Positions 38,104 through 50,729 of a stretch of DNA of 64,000 nucleotides are shown piece by piece. The position numbers and the translations under genes are program-made. How positions within the stretch are numbered: the first letter of the stretch is position 1; every line of letters begins with the position of its first letter. The notes beneath the pieces are model-generated. The model was not told where the DNA came from. It did not search any database and worked only from the letters and a program-made list of their open reading frames with translations. The stretch lies in contig NC_068983.1 in assembly GCF_001194135.2 (NCBI RefSeq), forward strand, positions 100,241,798 through 100,305,797. Direction: 5' to 3'. This DNA comes from Octopus bimaculoides. Taxonomy: Eukaryota.

Positions 38104-38608
38104 ATGTGTAGACAGATTCATTCATACAAAATACATGGACAGGCATGCATATAGAAATACAATGCAACACACATGGATAGGGAGAAGGTGAGAGGTAGAG
38201 ATTTCACTGAATTATTATTATTCAACAGTGTTGTATCTGGAAAATGCAAATTTGACGTGGTGGCAACATCTTGGTATTTTCTCAGCTTGCTTGTTTACCA
38301 AGTTTTTGTTACTTAATAGAATGCACAAGGCTTCCTCAAGGCATAGGTCACAAATGCTGGATAGTATATTATATGAGTGTGCATTCTTTATTATTGACCA
38401 TTCTATTCCATATTTTATTTTCCTTTCTTTTAATCTCCATATTAGGCCTGCTAATTCAATTATCTATTCACACACAGCAGATATCCAAACACAAACCTGG
38501 AAGTACATATAATACTACTACTAGATAGCACAGGGTGAAATGTGAAGGTGGACGAGTTTCATACTGTACTCTACTATATTCTTAACTGAATATGCCTTTG
38601 TGTCTGTC

Positions 38609-38611
<3 letters not shown>

Positions 38612-38686
<75 letters not shown>
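38612..38686. repeat. Long (TA)n microsatellite; others at 6613-6684, 24515-24536, 38050-38090 and 51466-51496, (CA)n at 10438-10481, (TC)n at 2618-2645
   Basis: Directly visible. Confidence 0.95.
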
Positions 38687-38690
<4 letters not shown>

Positions 38691-39862
38691 GTGTGTGTAT
38701 GTGTCTTTGTGTCTGTGTTTGTCCCCCCATCACCATTTGACAACAGGTGTTGGTGTGTTTATGCCCCCATAATATAACAGTTTGGCAAAAGAGACTAGTA
38801 GAATAAGTACTAGGCTTAAGAAATAAGTCCTGGGGTCGATTTGTTCAACTAAAACCCTTCAAGGTAGTGCTCCATCACAGTTGCTGTCAAATGACTGAAA
38901 CAAGTAAAAGAATAAATTAACATACACTAAATAACCACGACAGTTGTGAAGATGTTGGTGTTACATAATGTTTCAGCAGTAACTGTCATTATCAATAAAC
39001 TTCTCTTCCTACTTTGCTTACTACTGATTGTTCAAGTCATGATTTATATATATCATCAGTCATGAAGACTGGGGGGCATGAAGTTTGATGAGCTGAGATG
39101 TCCTTAATTTGCAACAGTTAATGAGACTCTTTTGACATGCTCATTACTGAACCATCAGTTATGTATGATTATTATTATTACTTTTTTTCCTGTATAAATG
39201 TTCCTTGTGCTTGCTGTTGTCTTTAGTCTTGCTTTTTTGAATTATATTTCTCAATACAAAATTTTAACTTTGTTTTACTTATGCAGCACTGTTGTACATC
39301 AGCAGATGGATTCTACACTATTTGCATACAAGCCTCAGACCAGCAATTGCAATTTGTTTTGAGGTGACTCAAGTGCACAATGTCAATGGGCTGCAAAAAC
39401 AGCAAAATATCAGTATCTATATTTCTCAATCCCCTATGGGGTGAGTTGACTCACCTGGTTTGAAGTATTCAATGTTTGAACACTTAGTGTCTTAAAGGGA
39501 CTTTTCTCTCTGATGCTGTTCCACAGCTAATGAGTGCATAAATATAACACATACAGTAAGTATGTGACATCAATAATGTTTACATTATTAGAGCTGCATA
39601 TAACTCAAAATTCAATTTCTCTTCCTCCACGGTCCTGTTGTACATTAACAGATAGACTTTACACTATTTGTTTATATACCTCAGACTAGTGATTGCAATT
39701 TGAGGCTGGCCACTTGAGTGCACAATACCAAGGTACTGCAAAAACACTTGTATTTAACCTATAATGTTGGGTGATGATAATATTGGTTATGGTAAGGGTG
39801 ATAAATTTATTATGTATTGTATGTTCTTTTACTACTGGGTATTATATTTTGTATTCTTTTAG

Positions 39863-40072
39863 CTGTTGCAGCCATATGTTCCTGTGTTTTGTGATTACCT
39901 AAAGCAGCCAGAAATGGCTCCTACAGTTTTGAACATTCTCGTGGACATAGCTAGTGTGAATCCTCGTTCGCTGTTGGCTTATGTTTCTGCTTTGCAGACA
40001 TTACTCACTGTTTCTCCTGTCTACACGGAACCTGTAGTTGCTATCATTGCAAGCATTGCTACTCTTAGTGAG
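39863..40072 (+). CDS. VEPH1: VEPH1 coding exon 5 (LLQPYVPVFCDYL...TVLNILVDIASVNP...IATLSE)
   Basis: TTCTTTTAG| acceptor, GAG|GTAAGA donor, phase 0 to 0. Colinear with VEPH1 IILNILIEIAxxxP. Confidence 0.92.
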
Positions 40073-40368
40073 GTAAGAAATTTACTTTAGCAACAGACTT
40101 TAAGGATTATTGCAAACAAATGGTTTTGAATTTTAAAATACTTAGAAATTAAATTAAAACTATTTGCTGTATTGAATTAATTGAAGGTAAGTAGATGGTG
40201 AAATACTGAAAGTAGTTCCCTGGAAGATGAGTGAGTATAAGTAAGTTCTAAAAATTGAAGTATAAATTGGAATGTTTGGTTATTAGGCTGCAGAGCAGTA
40301 CAAGTGCACCATTGTATGAGTAATTTTCTGTCTGAGCCAAGGCCCATGCAAATTTTTGTCTTGAAGTA

Positions 40369-42395
40369 CAAGTGGAAATCCACAGTATGAGCGAATTTCA
40401 TACAAGCAATCGCTAGTCTCTGCTCAAGTGCAGCCTCTGCTCAAGTGCAGTCTCTACTCCAGTGCAGTCTCTGCTCAAGTGCAGTCTCTGCTTGCTCAGC
40501 TCACATGTTTATCTTATGTCAACATCTCTGTTGTGTTTGCCCCAGTATTTTTTTTAGTTTTGTGTGTTTTTTTGCTATTATTTTATAATAATTAGTTGTG
40601 TTTGCCATGAGTCTTAAGAAGATTAATGCAAAAGACAGTGCTGAGAAGAAGAAAAAGCTTATTACAATAGAATTGAAGAAGGAAAACATTGATAAACATA
40701 AGAGAGGAGTGCATGTGGTGGACATAGCACGTCGACGATCTGAAGAAAAAGGATGAGATCAAGGCTGTTACAACAGCAAAGGATGTCTCCAGGCTCTTCA
40801 AGCAACACACATCTGTCCACGAAGAGATGGAAAAATTGCTTCTCCTGTGGATCAATGAGAAGCAACTCACAGGGGATATGATTACAGAGACCATCATCTG
40901 TGAGAAAGCACAAACACTGTATGGGTATCTCTTGAAGCAGAACCCTGGAACATTGACAGAGGAGACATCAGTAGAGGCTTTTAAGGCCAGTTGTGGCTGG
41001 TTCGATAATTTCAAAAAGAGAACAGGTATTCTTAGCGTTATCAGATATGGAGAAGCAGCAAGTTCTGACATGAAGGCAGCTGAGGATTTTGTGTGTGAAT
41101 TCCGTCAGCTCATTGCAGCCAAGAGATATATCACACAACAGGTATTCAACTGTGATGAAAGTGGTCTTTTTTGGAAAAAAAAATGCCCAGAAGAACTTAT
41201 ATAACAGCAGAAGAGAAGAAAATGCCAGGCCATAAGCCTATGAAAGACAATGTGAGTGGAGACTTGAAGATTAAGCCGCTCCTTGTCTACCATTCCGAAA
41301 ACCCACAAGCATTCAAGTTGCACAGAGTCCTGAAGGAGAAGCTGCAGGTCATGTGGAGGGCAAACATTAAAGCCTTGTTAATCAGGCAGTTCTTCACCGA
41401 GTGGGTCAACCTTATCTTCAGACCAGCAATGAGAAAGTACCTTCTGGAGAATGATATTCTTCTTGAGGCTCCTGCTCACCCACATTACTTCAAAGATGAT
41501 ATCATGGACGAATTTAAATTCATAAAAGTTCTACACCTTTCACACAACACCATCCCTATCTTGCAGCCCATGGACCAACAAGTGATTTCTAATTTTAAGA
41601 AATTGTACACCAAACGTCTATTTTGTTGGTGCTTTGAAGTTGCCAAAAATACAAATCTAACCCTTTGTGAGTTTTGGAAGGTGCACTACAACATTGTTAA
41701 CTACCAAAAAAATCATCAATATGGCCTGGCACTCAGAGGAGCTGACGACAGATGAATTCCTGCAGCTTCAGGAGCAGCAGCATTCAAATGCAGTGGAAGA
41801 GATTGGTTCGCCGGGGGAGGACAGTGTAGTGGAGAAGGCCATCTTACAAGCGACATAAAGACAGTGTGGGCAAAGTGGTAGTATGTTTTTAAATTTGTAG
41901 AAAAATATCATCCTGTAAAAGTATCTACAGGTTGTGCAGCTGCTTTATTTAATGACACTGCTCTGGCACATTTTTGTAGCATTTTGAAAGGCAGGAAAAA
42001 GCAGACTTCTCTTTATATGTCTCTAATGATATAACCTGCAAGTGTGAAGAGTGAAGAAAGTGTGTTCAGAAAGCCTAAATTAAGCGAAGTGAGAGAGAAA
42101 ATGCCAGAAATAGTTTTTTCCTGAAGTCTTAATGGAAGGAAATTCTCCTCCCAAACAATAATCCCCCTTCTCCTTGCTCCATCATTTTCCTTGTGCACAA
42201 ATCGTCCCATCTTTAAGGTAATTAAATTCATAAGACCAGTTTTAAAACCAATAAAAAAATGATGTTTTGGTGGGCTGGAATGGATAATTTATATTTCAAT
42301 TAATTTCAATGGGGAAAATTGATTTGTAAAATGAGTAAATCGTAAAACAAGTTCAGTCATGGAACGAAATAAACTCATACTGTGAGGTATCACTG
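40369..42395 (+). mobile_element. Decayed Tigger/pogo (CENP-B-like) DNA transposon with TIRs and TA TSD
   Basis: psq-HTH-like KKKLITIELKKE, CENP-B HTH EMEKLLLLWINEKQ...FKASCGWFDNFKKR, DDE_1 QVFNCDESGLFWK and LQPMDQQVISNFKKLY. TIRs share CACAGTATGAG/CTCATACTGTG, with TA at 40367-68 and 42396-97. Frameshifts present. Confidence 0.9.
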
Positions 42396-42732
42396 TATAT
42401 TCTTATTTTCAAATTTTTATGCAACGGTGCTGAGGACCACCTAATTTAAATTTGATAATTCATAAAACAGATCTCAAAGCTTATTGCCCTATCAATAAAT
42501 AATGTACATTAATCTGTAAAAAAATAAAGATTTTCTATTATTTCTTACTTCTCGCATTCTAGTAGAAGCCAATCAGCAGCATTGTCACAAGTATAAAATA
42601 ACTTAATCATGCAGCTGACTTATCATAAGTGCTGTATTATATTGAAGACCAAGATGCTATCTGCTGATAAGATACCTTAGAGAAAGCTGTTTTTGGAATG
42701 GTAGACAAGGAGCGGATTAATCTTCAAGTCAT

Positions 42733-42912
42733 CACTCACATTGTCTTTCATAAGCTTGTGGCCTGGCATTTTCTTCTCTTCTGTTGTTATGTAGGTTCTT
42801 CTGGGCATTTTTTTTTTTTACCCAAAAAAGACCAGTTTCATCACAGTTGAAATTAATTGCTGGTCTGAAGATAAGATTGACCCACTTGGTGAAGAACTGC
42901 CTGGTGAACAAG
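42733..42912 (-). mobile_element. Inverted, segment-permuted copy of two pieces of the adjacent Tigger
   Basis: Its reverse complement matches about 41377-41430 followed by about 41145-41258. Confidence 0.85.
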
Positions 42913-43789
42913 CATGTCATTCCTTTATTATTTTTAATGACAGCTAGAAAGGATTTGTTAATTTTGTAACAGTGTAGCTGAAATTTAATTGCTCATAAAG
43001 TGAAATAATCATTGAAACTGCAACAAAGATGAAATTTTAATTTTCAAAATAAAGCAATTGTGATTGGTCAGTTGCAGGTTTGGAGTCATGTCACACCTAT
43101 GGTGACGTTGGTGATTATTTTACTAAAATGATTGACTACTAAAATCACTAATTGTCTACTAAAATGTGGAAAGCAAGAAATAAAGGAAAATCTTTGGGGT
43201 TTTTTTATATTGATTAAAGTGCAATTTTTTATTGTAATTGAGTATGGTTGAGTTCACTTCTTGATGCTTTACCATAGAAATTTTAAAGAGAGTTATGTAA
43301 TTTTGTGTCCCCAATTGGAACTGAGACCACCACAGTGACATTGGTTTGAGGAGTAAAAGTTTGCCATGATTTCCAGCCAGACTTACTTTTCTAATCGAGA
43401 CTGTATATTCATATAGTTACAGCCCATATTTCTTGATTTTTTAAGGGCAGGTTTCAGCGTTCTCTGATATTTGAGACATAAATCGGAGTAAGGGGAGTGG
43501 GGTGGGAAGAACTCAAAATCTGATCCACTGTTAATAAATTCTCTTATTCTTTTTTTGTCACTTTCATTCATGAAAAACTGTTATCAGTGAAGTTGTCTGA
43601 ACTTCATATGTCCTATATATCATTCAAATACGAAAAGAATCATTAAAAAAAAAAAATTGTTGATGAAATTTATGCATTGATATATTTTTTTTCTGTTCTA
43701 AATAGATATATGAATTCAGCAGGGGCATAACACTGGTGTTATTCAGGAATTCCTTTTTAAATATTCTATCCATCTTTCTTTTCTGCCAC

Positions 43790-44090
43790 TATTCCTGGTA
43801 AAGTCTTGTGGATAGAGTCCTCAGGCACTTCTTCCGTAGGGTCCTATCAGAAGCTAACACCATTAGATTTTCCAGCTGGATTCCCAAGCACAGTCAACTG
43901 AGACCACAAATATTGTCCAACCACCTCATTCTTGGTCTACTCCTAGGTCTCCTGTTGGCTTGGCTTGAAGAATCTGTCTTGCAATTCATTCCTGTAGTAT
44001 TCTCATCTCATGTCCGTAGTGCTGGAGCCGTGACCTCTCTGTGTTGAGAAATAATGGCTTGACTTTGAAAGACTCCAATCTCTGAGCTAC
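43790..44090 (-). mobile_element. RTE-type LINE ORF2 C-terminal fragment
   Basis: Minus strand RSRLQHYGHEMR...IARQILQAKPTG... matches the RLxWxGHVxR...RPxGRP C-terminus of RTE ORF2. Confidence 0.6.
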
Positions 44091-44104
44091 ACACCCTGTG
44101 GAGT

Positions 44105-44500
44105 CATCATCATCATCATTATTTAACATCCGCTCTCCATACTGGCATGGGTTGGATGGTTTGACCAAGGACTGGCAAGCCAGGAGGCTGCACCAGGCTC
44201 CAATCTGATCTGGCAAGGTTTCTATAGCTGGCTGCCCTTCCTAACGCCAACCACTCTGAGAGTGTAGTGAGTGCTTTTTGCGTGCTACCGGCACAAGAGC
44301 CAGTCAGGTAGCACTGGCATCAACCACGCTCGAATGGTGATTTTTACATGCCACCTGCACAGGCATCGACCACAACTACGATTTCACTTGACTCAACAGG
44401 TCTTCTCAAGCACAACATCTTGCCCGACAATTGAAGGGTACTTTTAAACAGGCCGTTTATATGACACTGGCATCAGTCACGGCTACGATCTCATTTGGCT
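44105..44500 (-). mobile_element. SINE family D copy
   Basis: (CAT)n tail and GCCCTTCCTAACGCCAACC core. Confidence 0.75.
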
Positions 44501-45962
44501 AAATGAAGAGGCGTCTACATGGTCACTCAAGCTGCTAGAAATAGCAGCTATATTTCCTTCAAACAATACTGCATTCCTTCAGGATGGTGTAGTCCTAGTC
44601 TTGAGTACACTTATTGAAAATAAGATGATATGATCATGGTTGAATGCCTTATTCATAGATCTGCTTAATCATGTTTGACTTAGGGCTAAGTATCATAATC
44701 ACCATCCTTTTATGCCTGCTTTTCCCTGCTGGCATGGGTCAGTCCATTATGGTCCATGTCATTTGACAAACCCAGAAATTGTCATGTATGTCTTACAGTG
44801 TGGGTTGTATGCATTTTTTTGTGCTATCAGTACGAGAGGTTGTCCCATGTGAGAGGATTAGGAATTCTCTTTACTCTGTATCAGTTCTTATTTGGAGTTA
44901 TTACCTTTCTAAACAGGTGGCTTGTAGTGTTCATAGTTCATGTTTCTTTTTTGCATGGTTTCTACAGTTGGACATCTTTCCTGTCACCGATCAGCTAGGT
45001 GTATTTTAGTGTGCAGTTGCTTCTAGAGTGGTTGTTCAATACAGAAGGGCTAATGAGTTCTTTCTCCCCTGTATCTGTTCTTAGAATTGCTGTCCTTGTA
45101 CCGTGTGGTGAAACTTGTGGAGTTAACATCTCAACTGTACATTTAAATTGGTTGGTTTATTACCTATGGCTGGATGCCTTTTCTATCGCCAAACAGGCAA
45201 TATGTAAAAAAAAACAAAAAAACGCCAACAATTATGGCATGTTGTGTGTGTGTGTAAAAAAGACAGCAAATTGTATTATATTGACATTCTTTGTTAACAA
45301 ATTCTCCTGTAGCTCCATGCATCTGTTGGCAAGTGGAATGAAAGAATCCCTTACTTGAAAAACAGGTATGAGTCAGCAACAGGAAAGGTATCTGGCTGTA
45401 AAATAATGTCTCAGTAATAAGTATTTGTGTTGAAGGCATGTTGCCTAGTGGTTAGAGAATTGTGCTCGTGATTGTAAAATCATGGTCTCAACCACGCTTG
45501 AATAGTGCTTTTTACGTGCCACTGGCACAGATGCCAGTCAGGCGGCACTGGCATCGGCCACAGAAATTTAAATGTAAAACAAATGAACTATATATATTCC
45601 ACAAGTGCGACAATTGTTTGTTGCTAATTATTGGCACTTCATATTTAATGTAGAGACTAACCTTTATATCAGAAAATATTTCTACAAGAGATAACATTCA
45701 TTTGTGGTCTGAATTTTGATTTAGTAACAAGCACAACTCTTGATACAATAGTCAAGTGGTTACAGCTACAAAAGAAATTTTCAGCAACAATGCATTACTG
45801 AATTATCTAAACCTTGCCAACTAAAGGTTAATGTAAAAGCAGCAATAAAAAGAAAATGCCTAGAAGGGAATCTGTCAAAATTAATTTTTAAAGAAAGAAA
45901 ATGAAGTATGTTTGGTGATTTTTTTTTTTTTGTCTCAGTTTGTTTTATTTCAATTTTGACAG

Positions 45963-46294
45963 AATGATGCTAAACGTAGTCTACAGTACTGCATGGGACA
46001 GCTGCCAAATGCTGACAAAACTACCCTTCCATTGTTCTTAAATGGCTTGAAGATGATTGCAGCATTCTCTCCTCATCTTTTGGGCCAACACATGCCAGAA
46101 ATCAATAAACATTGTCAAAACAAACCCTACGTTGCTGACCTTTTGCATCAGTTACGTGAAGACTTAAAGAAGCGAAGTGCAACATGCCCAGAGACAGAAG
46201 AGATGCGTAGAAAGTATGTTTCGTTTGAGGGTGAGGAGCTGCGGAAAAAATTTGTTACATTTTCTGAAGGAGACATTCATCTTAGTGGAAGCAC
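45963..46294 (+). CDS. VEPH1: VEPH1 coding exon 6 (NDAKRSLQYCMGQL...HLLGQHMPEI...EEMRRKYVSFEGEELRKKFVTFSEGDIHLSGST)
   Basis: TTTTGACAG| acceptor, CAC|GTAAGT donor, phase 0 to 2. The 5' half is colinear with VEPH1 ARSCLxYLVSQL. Confidence 0.9.
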
Positions 46295-47062
46295 GTAAGT
46301 CTATTCATATCAAGTACACTTTAGTGATAAAAATTATTAAAACAGGGCTATAGTTTGAAAATTTTTTTTAATTGCCCGTATCCGCTGGAGAACTTGAATT
46401 CAGTGAATGAAATTGTGAAGTACATAGTTTTCCTACTACTTGTAGTATTGAGTTATACTTAAACATAGTACCTATTTACAACTTGATGAACTCATTCAGT
46501 GAGATAATTCTGTACTGTACTACAGATTGTACTTGTAGATTTTTGTCAACTATTTATGTAACTGACAGATGTAGATGCCTTCTCTCTCTATATAATTATA
46601 TATTATATAATTTTATAATGAATATTTCCCTAGCATTTGTTGCATTGAGCTCATCATCATTTAACATCTGTTTTCCATGCTGGCATGGATTGAATGGTTT
46701 GACAGGAGCTGACCAGCTGAAGGGCTGTTTAGGCTTCATGTCTGTTTTGGCATGGTTTCTATGGCTAGATGCCCTTCCTAACACCAACCACTTTACAGAG
46801 TGTACTGAGTGCTTTTACTCAGCACTGACATGGATACTTTTTATGTTGCACCAGCACTTACAACTCCACAAGATTAGAGATGCTTAGCTGGAGAGAGTTG
46901 CAAAGGCAATCATGCTTTTACTTAGCTAATTGTTAGAAAAAACATTTCTCTTCTTAAAGCCATAGCAGTAGCAGAAGCAGTAGTGCACCAGACCAAAGTC
47001 TTTGCTTTTATTAGTTACTGATGTATTAATGGCATTTTGTTGCAATGTCCTACAGAATCATT

Positions 47063-47672
47063 ATCATCATCGTTTAACATCTGTTTTCCATGCTAGCATG
47101 GGTTGAACAGTTTGATTGAGGTCTGGAGAGCCAGCGGCTGCACTAGGCTCCAATCTGAACAGGGAATGTTTCTACAGCTGGATGCCCTTCCTAATGCCAA
47201 CCACTCCAAGAGTGTATTGGGTGCCTTTTACGTGCCACTGGCACAGGAGCCAGTCAGGTGGGCCTGGCATCAATCACATTTGGATAGTGCTTTTTACGTG
47301 CCACCGGCATGGGGGCCAGTCAGGGGATACTGTCATTGGCCACATTCAGATGGTGCTTTTTACGTGCCACCGGCATGGAAGCCAGTCAGTTGGACCTGAC
47401 ATCGACCATGTTTAGATGGTGCTTTTTACACACCACCGGCATGGGAGCCAGTCAGGGGCCACTGGCCACAGCTATGATATTGGTTTTACTTGACTCAACA
47501 AGTCCTCTCAAGCATATCATATCACCCGACACATCAGGGGTACTCTTAACTGGGCTGGACATGCATGGCTGCGATCTCACTTTAGTTGCCAGGTCTTCTC
47601 AATCACAGTGTATCTCCAAAAGTCTTGGTCTCCTGTCATTGCCTATGTGAGGCCCACTGTTTGAAGGTCATG
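47063..47672 (-). mobile_element. SINE family D copy with four internal ~66-bp tandem units (47220-47477); shorter copies at 46651-46855 and 48718-48985
   Basis: Each unit begins GGTGCTTTTTACGTGCCACCGGCA. Confidence 0.8.
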
Positions 47673-49459
47673 CTTCATCTATAAATTTTAGCCAACACTC
47701 TGTGTAATAAACTGATGTAAGCATTTTGAATATTCACACACATATATGTTGTATGTATATATGTGTATATACCTATAGATTTTAGCCAACACTGTAAGTA
47801 AGAGAGAGAGCTGTAAACACTTTGTGTATACAATATCTTCAAGGATATTGTTTATTATATTGTGTTTATATACAATACCTTCAAAGATATGGTATATAAT
47901 AAGGTGTTTATATTTTTGTCTTACAAACGATATTGGCTAAAAATTTTTTGTAAATTCTCTAATACAGATAAGCATTGAAATAAACTATTAACATACCTCA
48001 TAAGTTATTATTCAAACAAGTTGTCTAGAATGCATTATATATAGAAAAAATGTTTGTCCAACTTACTCTACTCTTTAGCACTGTAGAGTTGTAAGGTGTA
48101 TTCCTGCATAGTTAAAGAGGGTATTTAATAACTGATGAAATCTCAATGCAATGTTGAAGCTAGTCTGGCTAATCCCTATTTTTCTGTCTGTGATGATATT
48201 CTATTATAAAGGCAAGATGGTTACAACTGTCTGTTATAGACAGTATTAACTAAATTCTGTAAATTCTGTTGTATGATGTTGCACTGAAACAAAAAAAAAT
48301 GTTAAAAAATCATTATTTGCACTGTGTACAATGAGATTTGCTACAATGATTTACTCAGTTATTCTTAATTTGTTCCGACAGATTCAAATGCAAATATGCT
48401 AGTTGCTGTTGTGTATTTCCACGGGAGAACAACTTTGCACTTTTATGATGATAGTATGATCATAACACACTCAACTCATTGTTGCAAGGGATTCTGGGAC
48501 ACTGGTGTTTCAATATGTGTCTCATCAGCCAGAAGTACCCAAGCCTTTTGAGCATAAATGAGCCACTGGCTTTGTTTATACCACACCAGTAATTTATCAG
48601 TGAGATAAGTCCCAGTGAAGGACCTGAACTCAGTACTGTGAGTTAATAAAATACTCACTATTTATAGTGTTCTTGCAGTTTACATCACAGACCTATCTAG
48701 GTCAGCTGGGATCCTACTCATCATCATCACTATCATCATCAATGTCAGTTTTCCATGCTGGCATGGGTTGCACAGCTTGTCAAGGACTGGCTTGAGCAGG
48801 GGCTATAGCAGTTTCCATAGTCTGTTTGGCTTGGTTTCTACAGCTGGATGCCCTTCATAATGCCAACCAGAGTGTACTGGGTGCTTTCTACATGACACCA
48901 TTACCGATGCTTTTTACATGGCACCTTGGTTTTAAGATCTCAATCCTGTTGTGGTGGATGTGTCTTCTTGAGTACAAAAAGCATAGCATTCCCATGCCAG
49001 GAATCAAACCTGAGCCACCTGGGTGAGAGCCGGGAATCCTAACCAGTAGCTAATTGAGAAATTTAATATAACTGATAAAAATTGGAATTAGTATTCTTTA
49101 TTAAATTTCCGTTGTAAATTTTTATTGTAAACTTTACAACTGAAACCACTTTGTATTGAAACATATAGGGATATGCTGAATGAAGGTGTATGTATTCCAT
49201 GACAACTTTAAAAATGGATATAAGTTGAGGTCAATGATGATATTGTAGATGATGATAATAGCATTATTGTTGTATCTGCTGACGTTAGTCATGATGTCTT
49301 TTCTGATGACAGTAATGGTATGTGTGAATGTTTTGTTTGTGTATTTTGGAGATTTTTTTCATATTGTATATATATATATATTTTTAATGTTGATTACACA
49401 AGATTCTATCATTTCAAAATGCTATTATTTGTTTTCCCCACTGTTGTCTTGTATTAAAG

Positions 49460-49627
49460 GCCTGAGAAAGAAGTCCGATCTGTGTCCAGTCAAACTGAAG
49501 GGACTGTTACTGTGATTACAGTCGGTAATCCACCCAACTGCACATATCCAAGTGATACACTACCAGTTAAACATAATTTAATAGCTCCCTACAACTTGAA
49601 CCAGCTTAGTCTAAGAAAAGCAAGCAG
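49460..49627 (+). CDS. VEPH1: VEPH1 coding exon 7 (PEKEVRSVSSQTEGTVTVITVGNPP...LRKASR)
   Basis: TTGTATTAAAG| acceptor, CAG|GTACCT donor. Phase 2 to 2 fits both neighbours and the frame is open. Confidence 0.8.
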
Positions 49628-50729
49628 GTACCTGATTCTGTTTAATTCATTACTTGAACAATTCATTATTTTTCTTTTGTTTTCATTTTAAATTAAAAAG
49701 AAAAAAGGTTTTTTAAATGTTGTAAGTTATCACGATGTAGATTTTTGAGTCAAAGTGTCAAATAAAACTTGATATGTTGGTTAAAACTGGCCAGACTACA
49801 TGTTAAATCGCTGTCACAATACTGCTGCTGCTGCTGCTACTACTACTGCTACTACTACTTATTAATAATATTAATATGCTTAGTTTTGTTTGTTTTTGTC
49901 CGTACCTGTGGTGTATGTCACTTCAAAGAAGCGAGTGGCAAAGCAAGAGAGGAGGACAGAGAGGAAGTAAGAAAGAGAGAGAGAGAGAGTGAAAGAGTCA
50001 GTGAATGGTGATGGCGTTCGTTTTGTGTTTTTAAATGTTTCAGAGAGGAAGTAAGAGAGAAAGAGAGTGGTGATGGCATTCGTATTGTGTTTTTAAATGT
50101 TTATCACATCGCAAGAAAAGTAGATACATAGATCCAAATAAAGTTGATACAGAGATACATACACACATTGTTAAATTAAAAGTGGGAGAGAGGAGGGACA
50201 CAGAGGAAGTGAAGGAGAAAGTGAGAGACAGTAAATACATAGATCGAAAGAAAAGTTGTAGATGCACAGCAAATGTTGGATGTCACTTTCACTTTTCATT
50301 ACCACACGAGGATAAAATTAACTTGCAAGTGGCTGAGTACTCCACAGACATGCATATCATTAATGTAGTTCTCAAGGAGATTCAGCCTCACACAGAATAT
50401 GACAAGGCTGGCCCATTTGAATTACAGCTACAACTTATTTTGGCCCAGCTGAGTGAACTGGAGCAAGATAAACCTTCAAGTGGTTGGAAGAAAACGAAAA
50501 AAGATCCTATGGGTATTAATCTGGTCCTAACAGTGGTATTTGTGGGTCTCACAGATGTGGTGACCAAGCCCCCAGATAAACACTGATGCACAAGCTGTTG
50601 TTATCAAACTGAGCGTAAATCGAGGGTGAATACATGACGGAATAGCAATTATTTCGTCTTAGCTTTCACTTCTTGCATGTCATCTTTGCGTTGTGATATG
50701 GAACATTTCCTTTTCTTTCACTTAAAAAA

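Noticed and set aside
38520-38580. Possible fourth, degenerate Penelope-end ribozyme (TGAAATGTGAAGGTGGAC...)
   Set aside because: The core and GAAAC are not intact, so I cannot support it.
43383-43571. Minus-strand ORF with FFPPHSP resembling the Tc1/IS630 PPYSPDL motif
   Set aside because: A single short motif with no other transposase residues or TIRs.
49957-50102. Imperfect ~84-bp direct duplication with GA runs
   Set aside because: Ordinary microsatellite-associated slippage.
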